A DNA stretch of 64,000 nt, from sequence record KX011028.1. The stretch is one strand, 5' to 3'. A program made the position numbers and the translations under genes. Below are positions 1 to 9,483 of this stretch, one piece after another (the first letter of the stretch is position 1; each line of letters starts with the position of its first letter). Source of the DNA: Staphylococcus phage pSco-10. The notes beneath the pieces were generated by a model. That model saw only the letters and a program-made list of their open reading frames with translations. It was not told the origin of the DNA and searched no databases.

Positions 1-657
1 ATGCAGTGATATCTACACCATCATAATTATCGTTCTTTACTTCCTTAGTAAATATTTCTCTAACTCTTTCAATGTTATCTACTAATTCATAAGCTACCTC
101 TTTAGGTTTAAATGCTTCTTCACCTTGCTCTACAAACTTACCTACTGTTTGTAGGTCTGATACAACATGACGTTCACTGTTTTTATTTACATTAGTATAT
201 TCAATACTGTACGTAGGTAATACCCAAACGTCATGAGAAGATGTTTCATTTTCAACTGTTACTTTACTTGGTACTCCTCTTACTTTACCGATAGCTGTAA
301 CATTTAATAAGTATTTAACTCCTAATTTACCTACAGGAATAATCATATCATAAGCATTATCAATAATAATGTTATTCATTCTTTCATAATACGGTTTTAC
401 TTCTGCTTGTTTAACATCTTGATATTTAATAATCTTACCATAATCATTTCTAATAGGTGTAGGTACTGCATTATAAAGAAAATCAATATCATAGTCTCTA
501 TTTGTTTTATCTCTCTTTAAGTTAGAACACTTCTCAAGTAATTTCTTAAGTGTTTTTCCATTAGGTGTATTTAATACATTAGATTTCACACTCCCGTCTT
601 TACTTACAGAAAAATGTTCTTCTCTAATGTGGTCGAATAAGATTAATACTTTCATTT
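1..657 (-). CDS. hypothetical protein, partial; only the N-terminal 219 codons are in the window and the gene continues beyond position 1
   Basis: ATG at 657-655 preceded by AAAAGGAGAGG; frame open to position 1; reads MKVLILFDHIREEHF...; has its own promoter. Not in the ORF track because there is no stop inside the window. Confidence 0.5.
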
Positions 658-685
658 AGTTCCTCTCCTTTTTTAACTTAATAAT

Positions 686-714
686 ACTATATCATATATT
701 TTAAACCCTGTCAA
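686..714 (-). promoter_or_regulatory. sigma-A-like promoter (TTGACA, 17 bp spacer, TATAGT)
   Basis: Minus strand reads TTGACA gggtttaaaatatatga TATAGT, then a Shine-Dalgarno and the ATG at 657. Confidence 0.45.
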
Positions 715-715
715 T

Positions 716-742
716 AAAAAAAGAAGAGAATTATTTCTCTTC
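716..742 (-). terminator. rho-independent terminator after the HU-like gene
   Basis: 8 bp stem GAAGAGAA/TTCTCTTC with a 4 nt loop, followed by T7 on the minus strand; it overlaps the stop codon at 731. Confidence 0.5.
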
Positions 743-1036
743 TTCATTAAGTCTATCAATAACCTCTTCTAGTTCTTTAAGTGGCTTAAATTTTATAGCT
801 TTTCTATCAGGTAAATGGAAATATTCTTTATTCAGACCATCCCATGCTTTTTTACCTTTTCTTTCAATAACCTCTATTTGTAGAAATTTATGGTTCTTTA
901 CTTTAGTATACCCTTCTTCTAATAAGTCTGAAATAGCATCTGTCTCTGCACTTAGTATTTCTTCTACATCTTGAATATAATACCCTGTATTCTCTGATAT
1001 CTTTCTTGCTATATCTCTTCTATTTGCTGTACTCAT
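731..1036 (-). CDS. HU/IHF-like histone-like DNA-binding protein
   Basis: 101 aa; the region ...IEVIERKGKKAWDGLNKEYFHLPDRKAIKFKPLKEL... resembles the HU beta-arm consensus R.GRNP.TGE.I.IPA...F..GK.LK. Confidence 0.7.
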   Translation of the reverse strand: MSTANRRDIARKISENTGYYIQDVEEILSAETDAISDLLEEGYTKVKNHKFLQIEVIERKGKKAWDGLNKEYFHLPDRKAIKFKPLKELEEVIDRLNEEEK

Positions 1037-1045
1037 ATAATCACC

Positions 1046-1642
1046 TTATATCTTAATCTTTCGTTGTTGTTTTAGTTTCGTAATTACATCGTCTACATCT
1101 TCAAAATCATGGCTACTTGTTAAGATATAGATATACATTTTCCATACTGATAAAGATACTCTAATTTTATCTGCAAAATCTACTTTATATTCAGGTTTTA
1201 AATCATAAGCTTCTCCATCAAAGAAATAGAATTTTTCTTGCTTTTCATCTACTTCTAGTATACGTGGGAATGATAAATGAACTTCATCTACGTTTGTTTT
1301 AATATCATGTAAACTTCTAATAATATCATAAGGGTTTACATAAGGGAATACCACTGAAATATCAATAATAACTTTTGTTCCCATGAATGATAAAGCTATA
1401 TTATCTACTTCTTTTGCAGTAAAGCCGTTACGCATACGATAAACAACTTCTGAATCAGGATGACTAGATAAGTCCTTTAATACATAATACGGTAATACTG
1501 AGTCTGTATAGTATGTAATTTTACCACCGTGCTTACATACCTTCTCTATAAGTCTATCATTATTGTATTTCTCATTAAATAACATATAATGATTTTCATC
1601 TCTCATGATGTATCGTCTAGACTTAGATATTAACTCATCCAT
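1046..1642 (-). CDS. hypothetical protein
   Basis: 198 aa ORF in the same direction as the operon; no recognisable motif. Confidence 0.5.
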   Translation of the reverse strand: MDELISKSRRYIMRDENHYMLFNEKYNNDRLIEKVCKHGGKITYYTDSVLPYYVLKDLSSHPDSEVVYRMRNGFTAKEVDNIALSFMGTKVIIDISVVFPYVNPYDIIRSLHDIKTNVDEVHLSFPRILEVDEKQEKFYFFDGEAYDLKPEYKVDFADKIRVSLSVWKMYIYILTSSHDFEDVDDVITKLKQQRKIKI

Positions 1643-1849
1643 ATTTTTTTCAATCTCTTCTTCATTACTGTGTGTGACTTTAATAGCCTCATTAATTTTA
1701 TCTTTATCTTTTGTGTGTATATTAAAATACCTATCACTATTATATATCGTTAATGTTTTATTCTTTGCGATATGTCATCTTCCTCTCATTAAAAAAATCC
1801 TACTACCTTGTACTATTATAGTATAGCACAGATAGCAGGAAATTCCAAA

Positions 1850-2182
1850 TTAAAGTGACTCTAATTCTTGTAATTGCATTGGTGTAACTTGGTCTTCATA
1901 TTTCTTAGCTAATTGACCGTCTTTATAACCTACTAACACTGGAGTACTCATAATATCAAAAAGCTTAACTGCTTTCTCTCTATCTACATCTTCTGCATCT
2001 AAATTAAGTGTTAAGATAGGTTTATTGATATCTCCTGATTCTTGGAACATAGGGATTACACTTTTTAAAATCTCACATTTACCACAATTATCTTGAGTAA
2101 TCATTACAATAACATCTTTCTTTTGTCTAATTGCTGTATTTAAGTCTACTAAACTATTCATTTTTTCCATCTTCTGAATCAT
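1850..2182 (-). CDS. thioredoxin/glutaredoxin-like redox protein (NrdH-like); the start is probably an internal Met
   Basis: CGKC active-site motif (ITQDNCGKCEILK); about 106-110 aa; lies next to the nrd genes. Confidence 0.6.
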   Translation of the reverse strand: MIQKMEKMNSLVDLNTAIRQKKDVIVMITQDNCGKCEILKSVIPMFQESGDINKPILTLNLDAEDVDREKAVKLFDIMSTPVLVGYKDGQLAKKYEDQVTPMQLQELESL

Positions 2183-2483
2183 CCTTTTCTAATGTTTTAA
2201 TAATTTCGGGAAATGAGTTAACTACTGTTGCTTTCTGTGCTTCATAACCTTCTGCTAAGTCAATAAGTTTTAATTGTTCTGAGCCGTAAGATAAAGTATA
2301 CATCGTCATATCATGCATAAACTCTAACTGAAATGACTTAGAAGTATCATCAGCTTTAGCATCCTTAGCGTTACTGAATAACTTCATAGGGTCATTTATA
2401 TCACTTACGCATGAAAACTCATCATGTTTTTTAAATAATGTTTCTGTTTTGCTTAATAAATCCATTGCTTCTTTTCTATCCAT
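2154..2483 (-). CDS. hypothetical protein
   Basis: 109 aa ORF, co-oriented, overlaps its downstream neighbour by 29 nt. Confidence 0.4.
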   Translation of the reverse strand: MDRKEAMDLLSKTETLFKKHDEFSCVSDINDPMKLFSNAKDAKADDTSKSFQLEFMHDMTMYTLSYGSEQLKLIDLAEGYEAQKATVVNSFPEIIKTLEKDDSEDGKNE

Positions 2484-2500
2484 AATATCTTTTCTCCTTT

Positions 2501-3550
2501 TTATAGGAATTCTTTAGCAATACTATATTCCTTACTATCTAAGAATGAGAAATCTTCATCTTTAATATCTTTGATATTTGTAGATTTTTCATAGTCTGCT
2601 TTACCACTAAAGAAATCAACATTTCGTAATCTATCTACATTAGTTTGATTTTCTACAATAGGGTTATACGGTTCAGGATTAAAGTAGTCTTCTCTACCTA
2701 GGTTTTGAAGAGCTCTGTTAAAGTTATACTGAACATAGTTAATTACGTCTTCACTTAATTCTAATGGGTCATATAGGCTATGTGTATATGCTACTTCATT
2801 AGTGTAAAGGATATCTAGTAATTCATAAGTTTCCTTATCTGCTAAGTTTTTCTCTTGTTCTGTTAAAAGATTATAATCATATTGAGCTGTTAATCCTACT
2901 GCTGAACCATGATAAGCTTCATCTTGGGTAATCTTATAAATGATAGCTCCTGATTGTGTCATCTGTCCTCTACCTGCAAGAAGTAGTGGGTAATAAAATC
3001 CTGAGTAGAATAATGCACTTTCTAAGAAGGCACTAGCTACTTTAGCCATATATCTATCGAATATAGTAGGGTTAGGTTTTAGTAACTGGTCATAGTAATA
3101 ACCAATAAACTGAGCTTTTACTTTTAAGAAGTCATTTTCTTCAACCCAAGTATCTAACAAATAACTTGTTTCTTTATTATTTAGTAATGTTGTAAAGATA
3201 TGACTATAAGATTTGGCATGTATCTCTTCCATACCACCCATAAACGCAAATACAGCCTGGTATTTAGGTCTTGGTTCATGATAGGATACTAAGTTCATAC
3301 CTTCCCCTCCTTGCTTTGTATCGAGCCCTGTGAGCCCTGCAAGGACTTTCTTATAAGTGTTCTTTTCACTCTCAGTTAAACTGTTCCAAGAACTTAAATC
3401 TCTTGATACATCAAACTCTTCAGGAGTCCAAAATTGGGAGATTCCTTGCTCCCAATAAATATCAGACATCCCGTCATCTTCAATATTCCAGTTTGTTGCT
3501 TTTAATACTGCATTTTTATTATGTTGTTTTACCTTTTGTGTAATATCCAT
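2501..3550 (-). CDS. nrdF: ribonucleotide reductase class Ib small (beta) subunit
   Basis: Di-iron ligand motifs EEIHAKSY and ...EAYHG..., plus the N-terminal ...NWNIEDD... signature. The likely start is the ATG at 3550 (MDITQ) with Shine-Dalgarno AAGGGAAA; the track's 3589 start would overlap the nrdE C-terminus. Confidence 0.9.
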   Translation of the reverse strand: MDITQKVKQHNKNAVLKATNWNIEDDGMSDIYWEQGISQFWTPEEFDVSRDLSSWNSLTESEKNTYKKVLAGLTGLDTKQGGEGMNLVSYHEPRPKYQAVFAFMGGMEEIHAKSYSHIFTTLLNNKETSYLLDTWVEENDFLKVKAQFIGYYYDQLLKPNPTIFDRYMAKVASAFLESALFYSGFYYPLLLAGRGQMTQSGAIIYKITQDEAYHGSAVGLTAQYDYNLLTEQEKNLADKETYELLDILYTNEVAYTHSLYDPLELSEDVINYVQYNFNRALQNLGREDYFNPEPYNPIVENQTNVDRLRNVDFFSGKADYEKSTNIKDIKDEDFSFLDSKEYSIAKEFL

Positions 3551-3563
3551 ATCTATTTCCCTT

Positions 3564-4532
3564 CTAAACCGAACATGTTTCACATTCAATAACAGAAAGT
3601 TTACGTGAACGTGTATAATATAGTGATTTTAATCCTTGTTCCCAAGCATAGTAGTATAGTGATACTAACTTATTAGTCGGTATCTCTGACTCTACATAAA
3701 GAATAGTAGATACTGCTTGGTCTGTGTGCTTCTGAACTACCGCACTTGTATTAATAATACGTTTATTATCAATCTTATAAGCTGTTTCTCCTTCATAGAA
3801 GAATTGAGTTATAGGACTTAGGTAAGGCATTGGGTAGTATGTCTCCATATCTCCATACTGTCTATTCTCAATAGCACTAGGTACAGGCATAATTGAGCTT
3901 GTAGCATTCTGTACGTATGATATAGATTGAGTAGGTGCTTCGGCTTTTCTATATCCATTATATAATCCATGAATTTTAACTGCTTTAGCCAATTCATCCC
4001 AATCATCTTGAGTTGGAATATAAATTTTACTTAATACTTTCTTAGCTTTTTCTGTTTTAGGTTGGTTAGACTCTCTAATATATCTTACAAAGTATTCACC
4101 TGTAGCATAATCAGATTTTTCAAACCCTTTAAATGGTTTACCTGTTTCTTTAGCCATTAACATAGAAGTTTTAATAGATTGGAAATTAATAGCACTGTAT
4201 AAACTATTTACTAAGTCTAATGCTTCTCTAGAACCGTAACTAATCATATTCTTAGCTAAAAGTCCATGTAAATTCATTGAACCTAAACCGATAGCTCTAA
4301 TGTCATCATTTGCTTTCTGAACACTAGGTAGATATGGTAAATCCATAATATCAGTAACTTTAGTTAATGCTCTTGTTCCGATATCTACAGATTCATTTAA
4401 TAAACCTTTTTCAACTACATTAACTAAATTAAGTGAACCTAATGTACAAACAACATCTCTATTAATAATATTCTTATTGCTGTGTGCATAAGGGTGTATT
4501 TCTGATACCTCTTGTAATTGTGAAATTTCTGT
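3564..4532 (-). CDS. nrdE: ribonucleotide reductase large subunit, exon 3 (C-terminal part)
   Basis: The frame is open upstream of the track ORF back to 4532 and reads TEISQLQEVSEI...VVCTLGSLNL...IGLGSMNLHG...CETCSV; it joins exon 2 (ending MSNLC) to restore the conserved NLC(S/T)EI motif. Confidence 0.85.
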   Translation of the reverse strand, partial: TEISQLQEVSEIHPYAHSNKNIINRDVVCTLGSLNLVNVVEKGLLNESVDIGTRALTKVTDIMDLPYLPSVQKANDDIRAIGLGSMNLHGLLAKNMISYGSREALDLVNSLYSAINFQSIKTSMLMAKETGKPFKGFEKSDYATGEYFVRYIRESNQPKTEKAKKVLSKIYIPTQDDWDELAKAVKIHGLYNGYRKAEAPTQSISYVQNATSSIMPVPSAIENRQYGDMETYYPMPYLSPITQFFYEGETAYKIDNKRIINTSAVVQKHTDQAVSTILYVESEIPTNKLVSLYYYAWEQGLKSLYYTRSRKLSVIECETCSV

Positions 4533-5473
4533 CCTGTATATTCAGTAATGGTCGTTAATCATTACCAGTTCTCTTATGAACTTCCTTATGTTTCCATAAG
4601 TGAGTAGACTATATCATTCTTCCTCTTGGGAAGTCCACCGTTTCGATTTAACAAGGCTTTATACGATTATTACTCGGTACCTTGACCACTTGGCTCTAAC
4701 CTTATCCCTTCACTTATGTGAATAGGTTACAGATAGTCGTTGGGCATTTAATATAAATTGTAATCATTTCTTTTCAAATTTTCTAGGTGTTAACCTTTTA
4801 TACTCAGGGTAATTATCAGAATCTAATCTATAACCAATTGTAGTATGTCCTATACCTAAAGTTCTAGATGCCTCAGATGTGCTCTCATATTTTATACCAT
4901 CTATCTCTATTGCTTTAGAGTTAGCTTTTTTTACAGAGTTTATCATCTTTTCTGTTTTAGGCTTACCGTACTGATGATTTCCTTGACCGCTCATTTGTTG
5001 CTTTCTCATCTCTCTAAGCTCTTCTTTTCGAGGGTTTGTTGTAAATATATCTCCTCCTACGGAAGATAATTTTACATTATAGTAATTATCATCATAAACT
5101 GCATTGGTTTCTAATATTAGTTCTTCCTCATCCTTTTCTAATTCTTCTGTCGTATAGTAATTTTTTATAATTTCTTTAGTAAAATTATTTTTACCATACT
5201 TCTTAATATCTTCTTGTAGATATCTTCCTGAACCTAAGTACTTTTCCCAATCATTTATTCTATTATAAAGAAATTTTCCGATATACTTTTTACCATTTAT
5301 AGAGCATGTAGTTATATAAACAGCTCCGATAGGTTTATTTTCCATAATATCACTCTCCTATGAGTGATTACAATTTATATATTTAGCAACGGATTACCAT
5401 ATCATTTGACGTAGGCTTCCCCGTTTTAGATGGATTTTTCGATAACGATTGCTCGTTAAAGGTGCATTTGTTT
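4533..5473 (-). ncRNA. group I intron (nrdE intron 2) containing a GIY-YIG endonuclease ORF
   Basis: The upstream exon ends in U (..UGU); the intron begins AAACAAAU followed by an internal guide sequence GCAC; an R-like CAACGACUAU and an S-like GAUAUAGUCUAC are present; omega-G at 4533; an in-frame stop lies 5 codons after the 5' splice site. Confidence 0.8.
4764..5345 (-). CDS. intron-encoded GIY-YIG homing endonuclease
   Basis: N-terminal GAVYITTCSINGKKYIGK (GIY...YIG pattern); C-terminal NUMOD-like repeats (GNHQYGKP; YESTSEASRTLGIGHTTIGYRL); Shine-Dalgarno AGGAGAG 8 nt upstream. Confidence 0.85.
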   Translation of the reverse strand: MENKPIGAVYITTCSINGKKYIGKFLYNRINDWEKYLGSGRYLQEDIKKYGKNNFTKEIIKNYYTTEELEKDEEELILETNAVYDDNYYNVKLSSVGGDIFTTNPRKEELREMRKQQMSGQGNHQYGKPKTEKMINSVKKANSKAIEIDGIKYESTSEASRTLGIGHTTIGYRLDSDNYPEYKRLTPRKFEKK

Positions 5474-5899
5474 ACACAAGTTACTCATTTTAACTTTACC
5501 TAAGTTTTTAAGAGGGTGGTTATCATTGGCATTATCAACATAGAATACGTAAGGATAACCTGATTCTAATTGTGTTTTAGCAATATCTGTCATGACTTCT
5601 CTAGCATCATGTTTTACTTTACCAATCTTATCATTAGTTAGTAGTTCTTCGTACCATTCATCAATGTTTAATTCATCTAGATACTTACCATATACTTTAT
5701 TAATATCATAAGTGTCAAAAGTATAGAAAGGTTTGCCTTCTTTAACTAATTCCATAAATTTATTAGGAATTGTAACACCAATAGATAATTTATCTAGTCT
5801 AACTGATTCACTGGCATTAATTTTCTTAGAACTTAATAAATCCAAAATATCATTGTGGAATATGTTTAAGTAAACTGCTCCACTTCCTTGTCTTACTCC
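5474..5899 (-). CDS. nrdE: ribonucleotide reductase large subunit, exon 2
   Basis: Reads GVRQGSGAVYLNIFHNDILDLLSSKK...GYPYVFYVDNAN...MSNLC, which matches the conserved KRRGAGAVYL..HPDI..F and NLC regions of class I RNR; the track ORF 5456..5845 is this exon running on into the intron. Confidence 0.85.
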
Positions 5900-6887
5900 C
5901 AGTTATGTTACGAATAGAATCGTTACTTCTATCCTTCTATATGTCACCATATAAGCTCAGACTATATCATAATCCTAGACGTTACTCTAGAATCCTCTCT
6001 ATTTCCAATCACTTGATTGTACTCTACTCAGTTATATTGCAATAAGCCCTCCCGGCGTAAAGCTCACTTTTCGATAGTCGTTGCACAAAATAACTTACCA
6101 ATTCATTAAATGTTTAAGTTTAACCCATCTTTTCTTACTTTTAATATGGTAGTAAATACTCTCTGTTGCTTTTGGTACTTCAGCTAGTATATAATTCTTG
6201 TCATACCCTTTATTTATCATATCAATTATAAGCTTAGCATCACTTTCAGTTATCGTTTTATCATAATTAACGAGTCCTGATTTATGTGCATGTGTATTAT
6301 TTTCTTCTATGGTACACCATTCTAGATTAAGTACACTATTATTTAATTTATCCCCATCTCTATGATTTATATACTTCTTACTTCTATCATTTTGAGGTAT
6401 AAAAGCCTTAGCTATTAATCTATGTTTAAATAGATACTTATATTTACCATTAACTTTAATTCTAAACTTGTGATAACCTTTTTTAATTTGAGAAGCTACG
6501 ACATAATTAAATTCTGTATTTACTAATCTACCATGATTAGTTATAGAGTAGTTTTTAAACTCTGTCTCTACTAGAATTTCAAAAGGTTCTCTTTTAAACT
6601 CAGGTAATCCCATTTTTACTTTAGTTAAGTTATTTTTATTTCGGTAATTTTGAATAGTTGTTTTAGGTATATCTAACTCTTTAGATAATTCCCTATCAGT
6701 CATAGTTAAATAATTATCTTTAATGAATTTCTGTATTTCTTTGTTTTCAGTTATTTTGCTCATGATTGTCTCCTTTTTTTCTTTTAGTATAGCATAAGTA
6801 TTACTAAAAGTCAAGTTTGGAGAGTTCCCATGAATTAAGAGAGTTTTTTAACCTATAATATCTCTACTATAGGGGGCAGTTTTATTT
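5900..6887 (-). ncRNA. group I intron (nrdE intron 1) containing an HNH endonuclease ORF
   Basis: The exon ends ..CAGGGU; the intron starts AAAUAAAACU with internal guide sequence GCCC; R-like GCAACGACUAUCG and S-like GAUAUAGUCUGAG are present; omega-G at 5900; an in-frame stop lies 1 codon after the 5' splice site. Confidence 0.8.
6095..6763 (-). CDS. intron-encoded HNH homing endonuclease
   Basis: NUMOD4-like YSITNHGRLVN; an HNH region NHRDGDKLNNSVLNLEWCTIEENNTHAHK; an N-terminal helix-turn-helix; the likely start is the ATG at 6763 with AAGGAG 6 nt upstream (the track start at 6814 is a TTG). Confidence 0.8.
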   Translation of the reverse strand: MSKITENKEIQKFIKDNYLTMTDRELSKELDIPKTTIQNYRNKNNLTKVKMGLPEFKREPFEILVETEFKNYSITNHGRLVNTEFNYVVASQIKKGYHKFRIKVNGKYKYLFKHRLIAKAFIPQNDRSKKYINHRDGDKLNNSVLNLEWCTIEENNTHAHKSGLVNYDKTITESDAKLIIDMINKGYDKNYILAEVPKATESIYYHIKSKKRWVKLKHLMNW

Positions 6888-7607
6888 ACCCTGGTCATAA
6901 ATACCTACTTTATGCTCAATAGCTTTAGCAAAAGCAATAACACCTTTACTTGAGTTAGGTCTATTACGTACTGGAGCACCTTTAGGTCTAATTCTAGTTA
7001 AGTCAATTGCAACTCCGCCACCATTAGAACTAGCGTTAGCTACACTATCTTCAACAAAGTTTAGAGACTCAATTGAATCATCTACTACAAATAGGTAACA
7101 TGAACTTAGTTCACCTCTATTGGCTTGTCCTGAGTTATTATACGTAGGTGTAGATGGTTGGAATGTTTGTTCCATAAGTTGTACTAGTAATTCTCTAGCT
7201 TTTACATAATCATTTTGGAATAGATATAAAGCTACTCGAACGTTATGTTGCTCATAATCTTCAACAAAAATAGGTTTCTCATCTTCATCATACTGTTTTG
7301 ATGCATAAGACTCATAAAACTTCTGACCTGCCATGAAACTAGGGAACTTAAAGTTAAAGCTGTAAGCTAACTTAGTCATTTCATCAATAATAGTATCAGG
7401 AACACTATCAAATATCTTATCATAAGTTCCTTCTTCTGTCAATACTCTAATTCTTTCTACTTCACTACTAAATTTTCTTGTGTTATCATCAATATATTTT
7501 AAATACTCATCTAAAGCTTCTTGGTCTTTATAGAGTTTATTTTTTCCATTATCATCTAATTGAGTTATCTCGTTGTTTAACTCAATCCATTTTCCATATG
7601 TTGCCAT
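6888..7607 (-). CDS. nrdE: ribonucleotide reductase large subunit, exon 1 (N-terminal part)
   Basis: N-terminal RNR large-subunit sequence with the SSCYLF loop and GGGVAIDLTRIRPKG, ending ...GIYDQG at the splice site. Joining 6888..7607, 5474..5899 and 3564..4532 gives one continuous 704-aa frame. Confidence 0.85.
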
Positions 7608-7621
7608 ATATCTCTCATCCT

Positions 7622-8053
7622 TTACGCTACTTTATATTTATTACTAAAGTGTTCTAATATTGGTTGTATCTCGTTAAAGTGTCCTGATTGCTCTACTTTA
7701 GCAATTAAAGGAATCTTAAACATCTCTGAAATCTTTGTACTTGCTCCACAGAAATTAGAGCCCCATTGTTTATTTCCTGTACCAATAACTTCTTTAGGGC
7801 TCCCATTAATTTCTAAGAATCTTTCTATTTGTTTAGGTATTGCACCTTTCATATAAGTAGGTGTTATTAGTATAAAAGGTTTATCTACTTTCTCTTTTCC
7901 ACTCTTAACTCTAAACGTTTCAAATGAATTATTAATATTAATTTTGTTTACTAGTCGTTCTGTTTGTCCTGTACCTGAAAAATATACAATTAACGGTCTT
8001 TCTTTACTTGTCATACTTATCTTACCTTCCTTATATATCACTAAGAAGGTCAT
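7622..8053 (-). CDS. nrdI: flavodoxin-like NrdI
   Basis: PLIVYFSGTGQTERLV matches the NrdI N-terminal motif; it sits directly upstream of nrdE; the probable start is the internal Met at about 8014. Confidence 0.75.
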   Translation of the reverse strand: MTFLVIYKEGKISMTSKERPLIVYFSGTGQTERLVNKININNSFETFRVKSGKEKVDKPFILITPTYMKGAIPKQIERFLEINGSPKEVIGTGNKQWGSNFCGASTKISEMFKIPLIAKVEQSGHFNEIQPILEHFSNKYKVA

Positions 8054-8639
8054 TAATCAATTCATCTTCATGCTTACTTACCTCAGATAAATTAGACTCG
8101 ACCTTCTTGTATGGTTTTACATCTTTTTTGTCGTAGCAAGATATAATATAAGAAGGTGTAAATGAGGTCAACCCACTCATGGTAGTTATAAGGACATCGT
8201 AAAAAAATTTGTCTTTTCTAATATTATCAATAATAAAATCTGTTCTCATAACAGGGTATTCATTATCTCTTAAGTCCTCATATACTTTTTCATCATAAGG
8301 TAAAGCAACGTAACTCTGAGCTCTATTTCTAGTAAATATTAAGCAAGGTGTCTTATTCACCTTGCTACTATCATTAATTACTTGTTCCCACCATGTGTGT
8401 GGCTCTCTATTGTTTAGAAGAACATTATCTATAGTCCATTCTTCTCTATGTTTACATTCAACTACTAAAGGAAAATTAGCTTCCTGAGGTACTACTATAT
8501 CTCCGACAGCATTATTATCTTTACCCCAAGAGGCACCACCTGATTGAGGAGACCTATTAAATTGATATCCCCACCAAGCAGTTAATTCTTTAGCTATTTT
8601 ACGTTCGAATGTATCTCCTTTTTTCTTACTGTTCGTCAT
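8031..8639 (-). CDS. PD-(D/E)XK-family nuclease-like protein (possible resolvase or recombination nuclease)
   Basis: 202 aa; candidate D...E.K motif in GDIVVPQEANFPLVVECKHRE. Confidence 0.4.
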   Translation of the reverse strand: MTNSKKKGDTFERKIAKELTAWWGYQFNRSPQSGGASWGKDNNAVGDIVVPQEANFPLVVECKHREEWTIDNVLLNNREPHTWWEQVINDSSKVNKTPCLIFTRNRAQSYVALPYDEKVYEDLRDNEYPVMRTDFIIDNIRKDKFFYDVLITTMSGLTSFTPSYIISCYDKKDVKPYKKVESNLSEVSKHEDELINDLLSDI

Positions 8640-9078
8640 TTTTCTTCAACTGAATTACTTTTTCATTGCTGTCAGATTCAGTTTCTTCTTGTACTTCTTC
8701 TTGTTGTTTTTGACGTAATTCTTCTTGCTTCTCTTTTAAGTAAGCTTCTCGTTTATCATTTAACTTATTCTTAGCTTTTTCAACTTGTTCTTGAGTTACT
8801 CCTAACTCATCTTCCATGATAATCATCATTAAGTCAATTGCATTGAATGCATCATTAAAATCTCCTGAAATCTCTTGAACTGTAATAGCATTAAGTACTT
8901 TAGCAATACGAGTTGCTTCTTCTAAAGAAACACTACGTGAGCCAATTCTATCCAACTGTTTAGCTGTTTTCTCATCAACTTGTTTACCATCAACAGTTCC
9001 CTGTACTACAGCTTCAATCCATTTCTCCATGTCTGCTTGACTAATACCTTTTGTGTGTGTGCTAATATTTTTTTCCAT
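8626..9078 (-). CDS. hypothetical protein (acidic, coiled-coil C-terminus)
   Basis: 150 aa ORF, co-oriented, tightly packed against its neighbours. Confidence 0.45.
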   Translation of the reverse strand: MEKNISTHTKGISQADMEKWIEAVVQGTVDGKQVDEKTAKQLDRIGSRSVSLEEATRIAKVLNAITVQEISGDFNDAFNAIDLMMIIMEDELGVTQEQVEKAKNKLNDKREAYLKEKQEELRQKQQEEVQEETESDSNEKVIQLKKNDEQ

Positions 9079-9416
9079 TATTCTTGTTCTCCTTTTTCTT
9101 CTTCATTTTTAGGTTCTTCTTGTGATTTATCAATTGATTCTTGAATGTAGTCTAATACATCTTCGTTAATAAGCTCTGCTTTATACAAAGCATCAATTAA
9201 AATATTTAAGTTTAACTCATTGTTGTATTCTAAGTCTGTCATTTGCTCATTAACACCTATCATAAGGTTAGTAATAGCTTTAGCTACATCTGTTAATGTT
9301 GCTGTTTCTTCTTTACCTATTTCTTCTAATTGATGTTGTCGTTGCTCATTACCAACTCTTAGAGCTGTAATGTATTCATCTACAAATTTTAAAATATCTT
9401 TTTTATTATTTGACAT
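9078..9416 (-). CDS. hypothetical protein
   Basis: 112 aa; Shine-Dalgarno AAAGGAG upstream; promoter at 9453-9481. Confidence 0.45.
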   Translation of the reverse strand: MSNNKKDILKFVDEYITALRVGNEQRQHQLEEIGKEETATLTDVAKAITNLMIGVNEQMTDLEYNNELNLNILIDALYKAELINEDVLDYIQESIDKSQEEPKNEEEKGEQE

Positions 9417-9452
9417 TATTTTTTTTTCTCCTTTATTAATTACTTAAGTACT

Positions 9453-9481
9453 AGTATAACATAAAACTCTTCTAAGGTCAA
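9453..9481 (-). promoter_or_regulatory. sigma-A-like promoter (TTGACC, 17 bp spacer, TGtTATACT)
   Basis: Seen on the minus strand upstream of the 9416 gene. Confidence 0.45.
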
Positions 9482-9483
9482 GC

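Noticed and set aside
1605-1826. Plus-strand ORF (73 aa); also the other plus-strand ORFs in the track (10067, 10690, 13084, 13894, 16027, 16937, 17575, 18325, 19207, 21864, 25056, 25855, 28133, 31986, 38210, 40838, 41228, 43824, 45329, 48959, 49565, 50723, 53951, 56176, 56803, 57376, 60652, 61522, 62541, 63441)
   Set aside because: All lie antisense to well-supported minus-strand genes or in AT-rich intergenic DNA, with low-complexity translations and no ribosome-binding sites; the window is uniformly transcribed leftward.
3818-4006. Minus-strand 62-aa ORF inside nrdE exon 3; likewise 13119..13331, 24503..24691 and 48711..48896
   Set aside because: These are out-of-frame overlaps inside much longer conserved coding sequences.
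3564-7607. Possible intein or pseudogenised nrdE, because three separate ORF fragments were found
   Set aside because: The fragments are separated by RNA-level group I introns carrying endonuclease ORFs, with stops just inside each intron; the exons join into one continuous 704-aa frame, so this is neither a protein-level intein nor a pseudogene.
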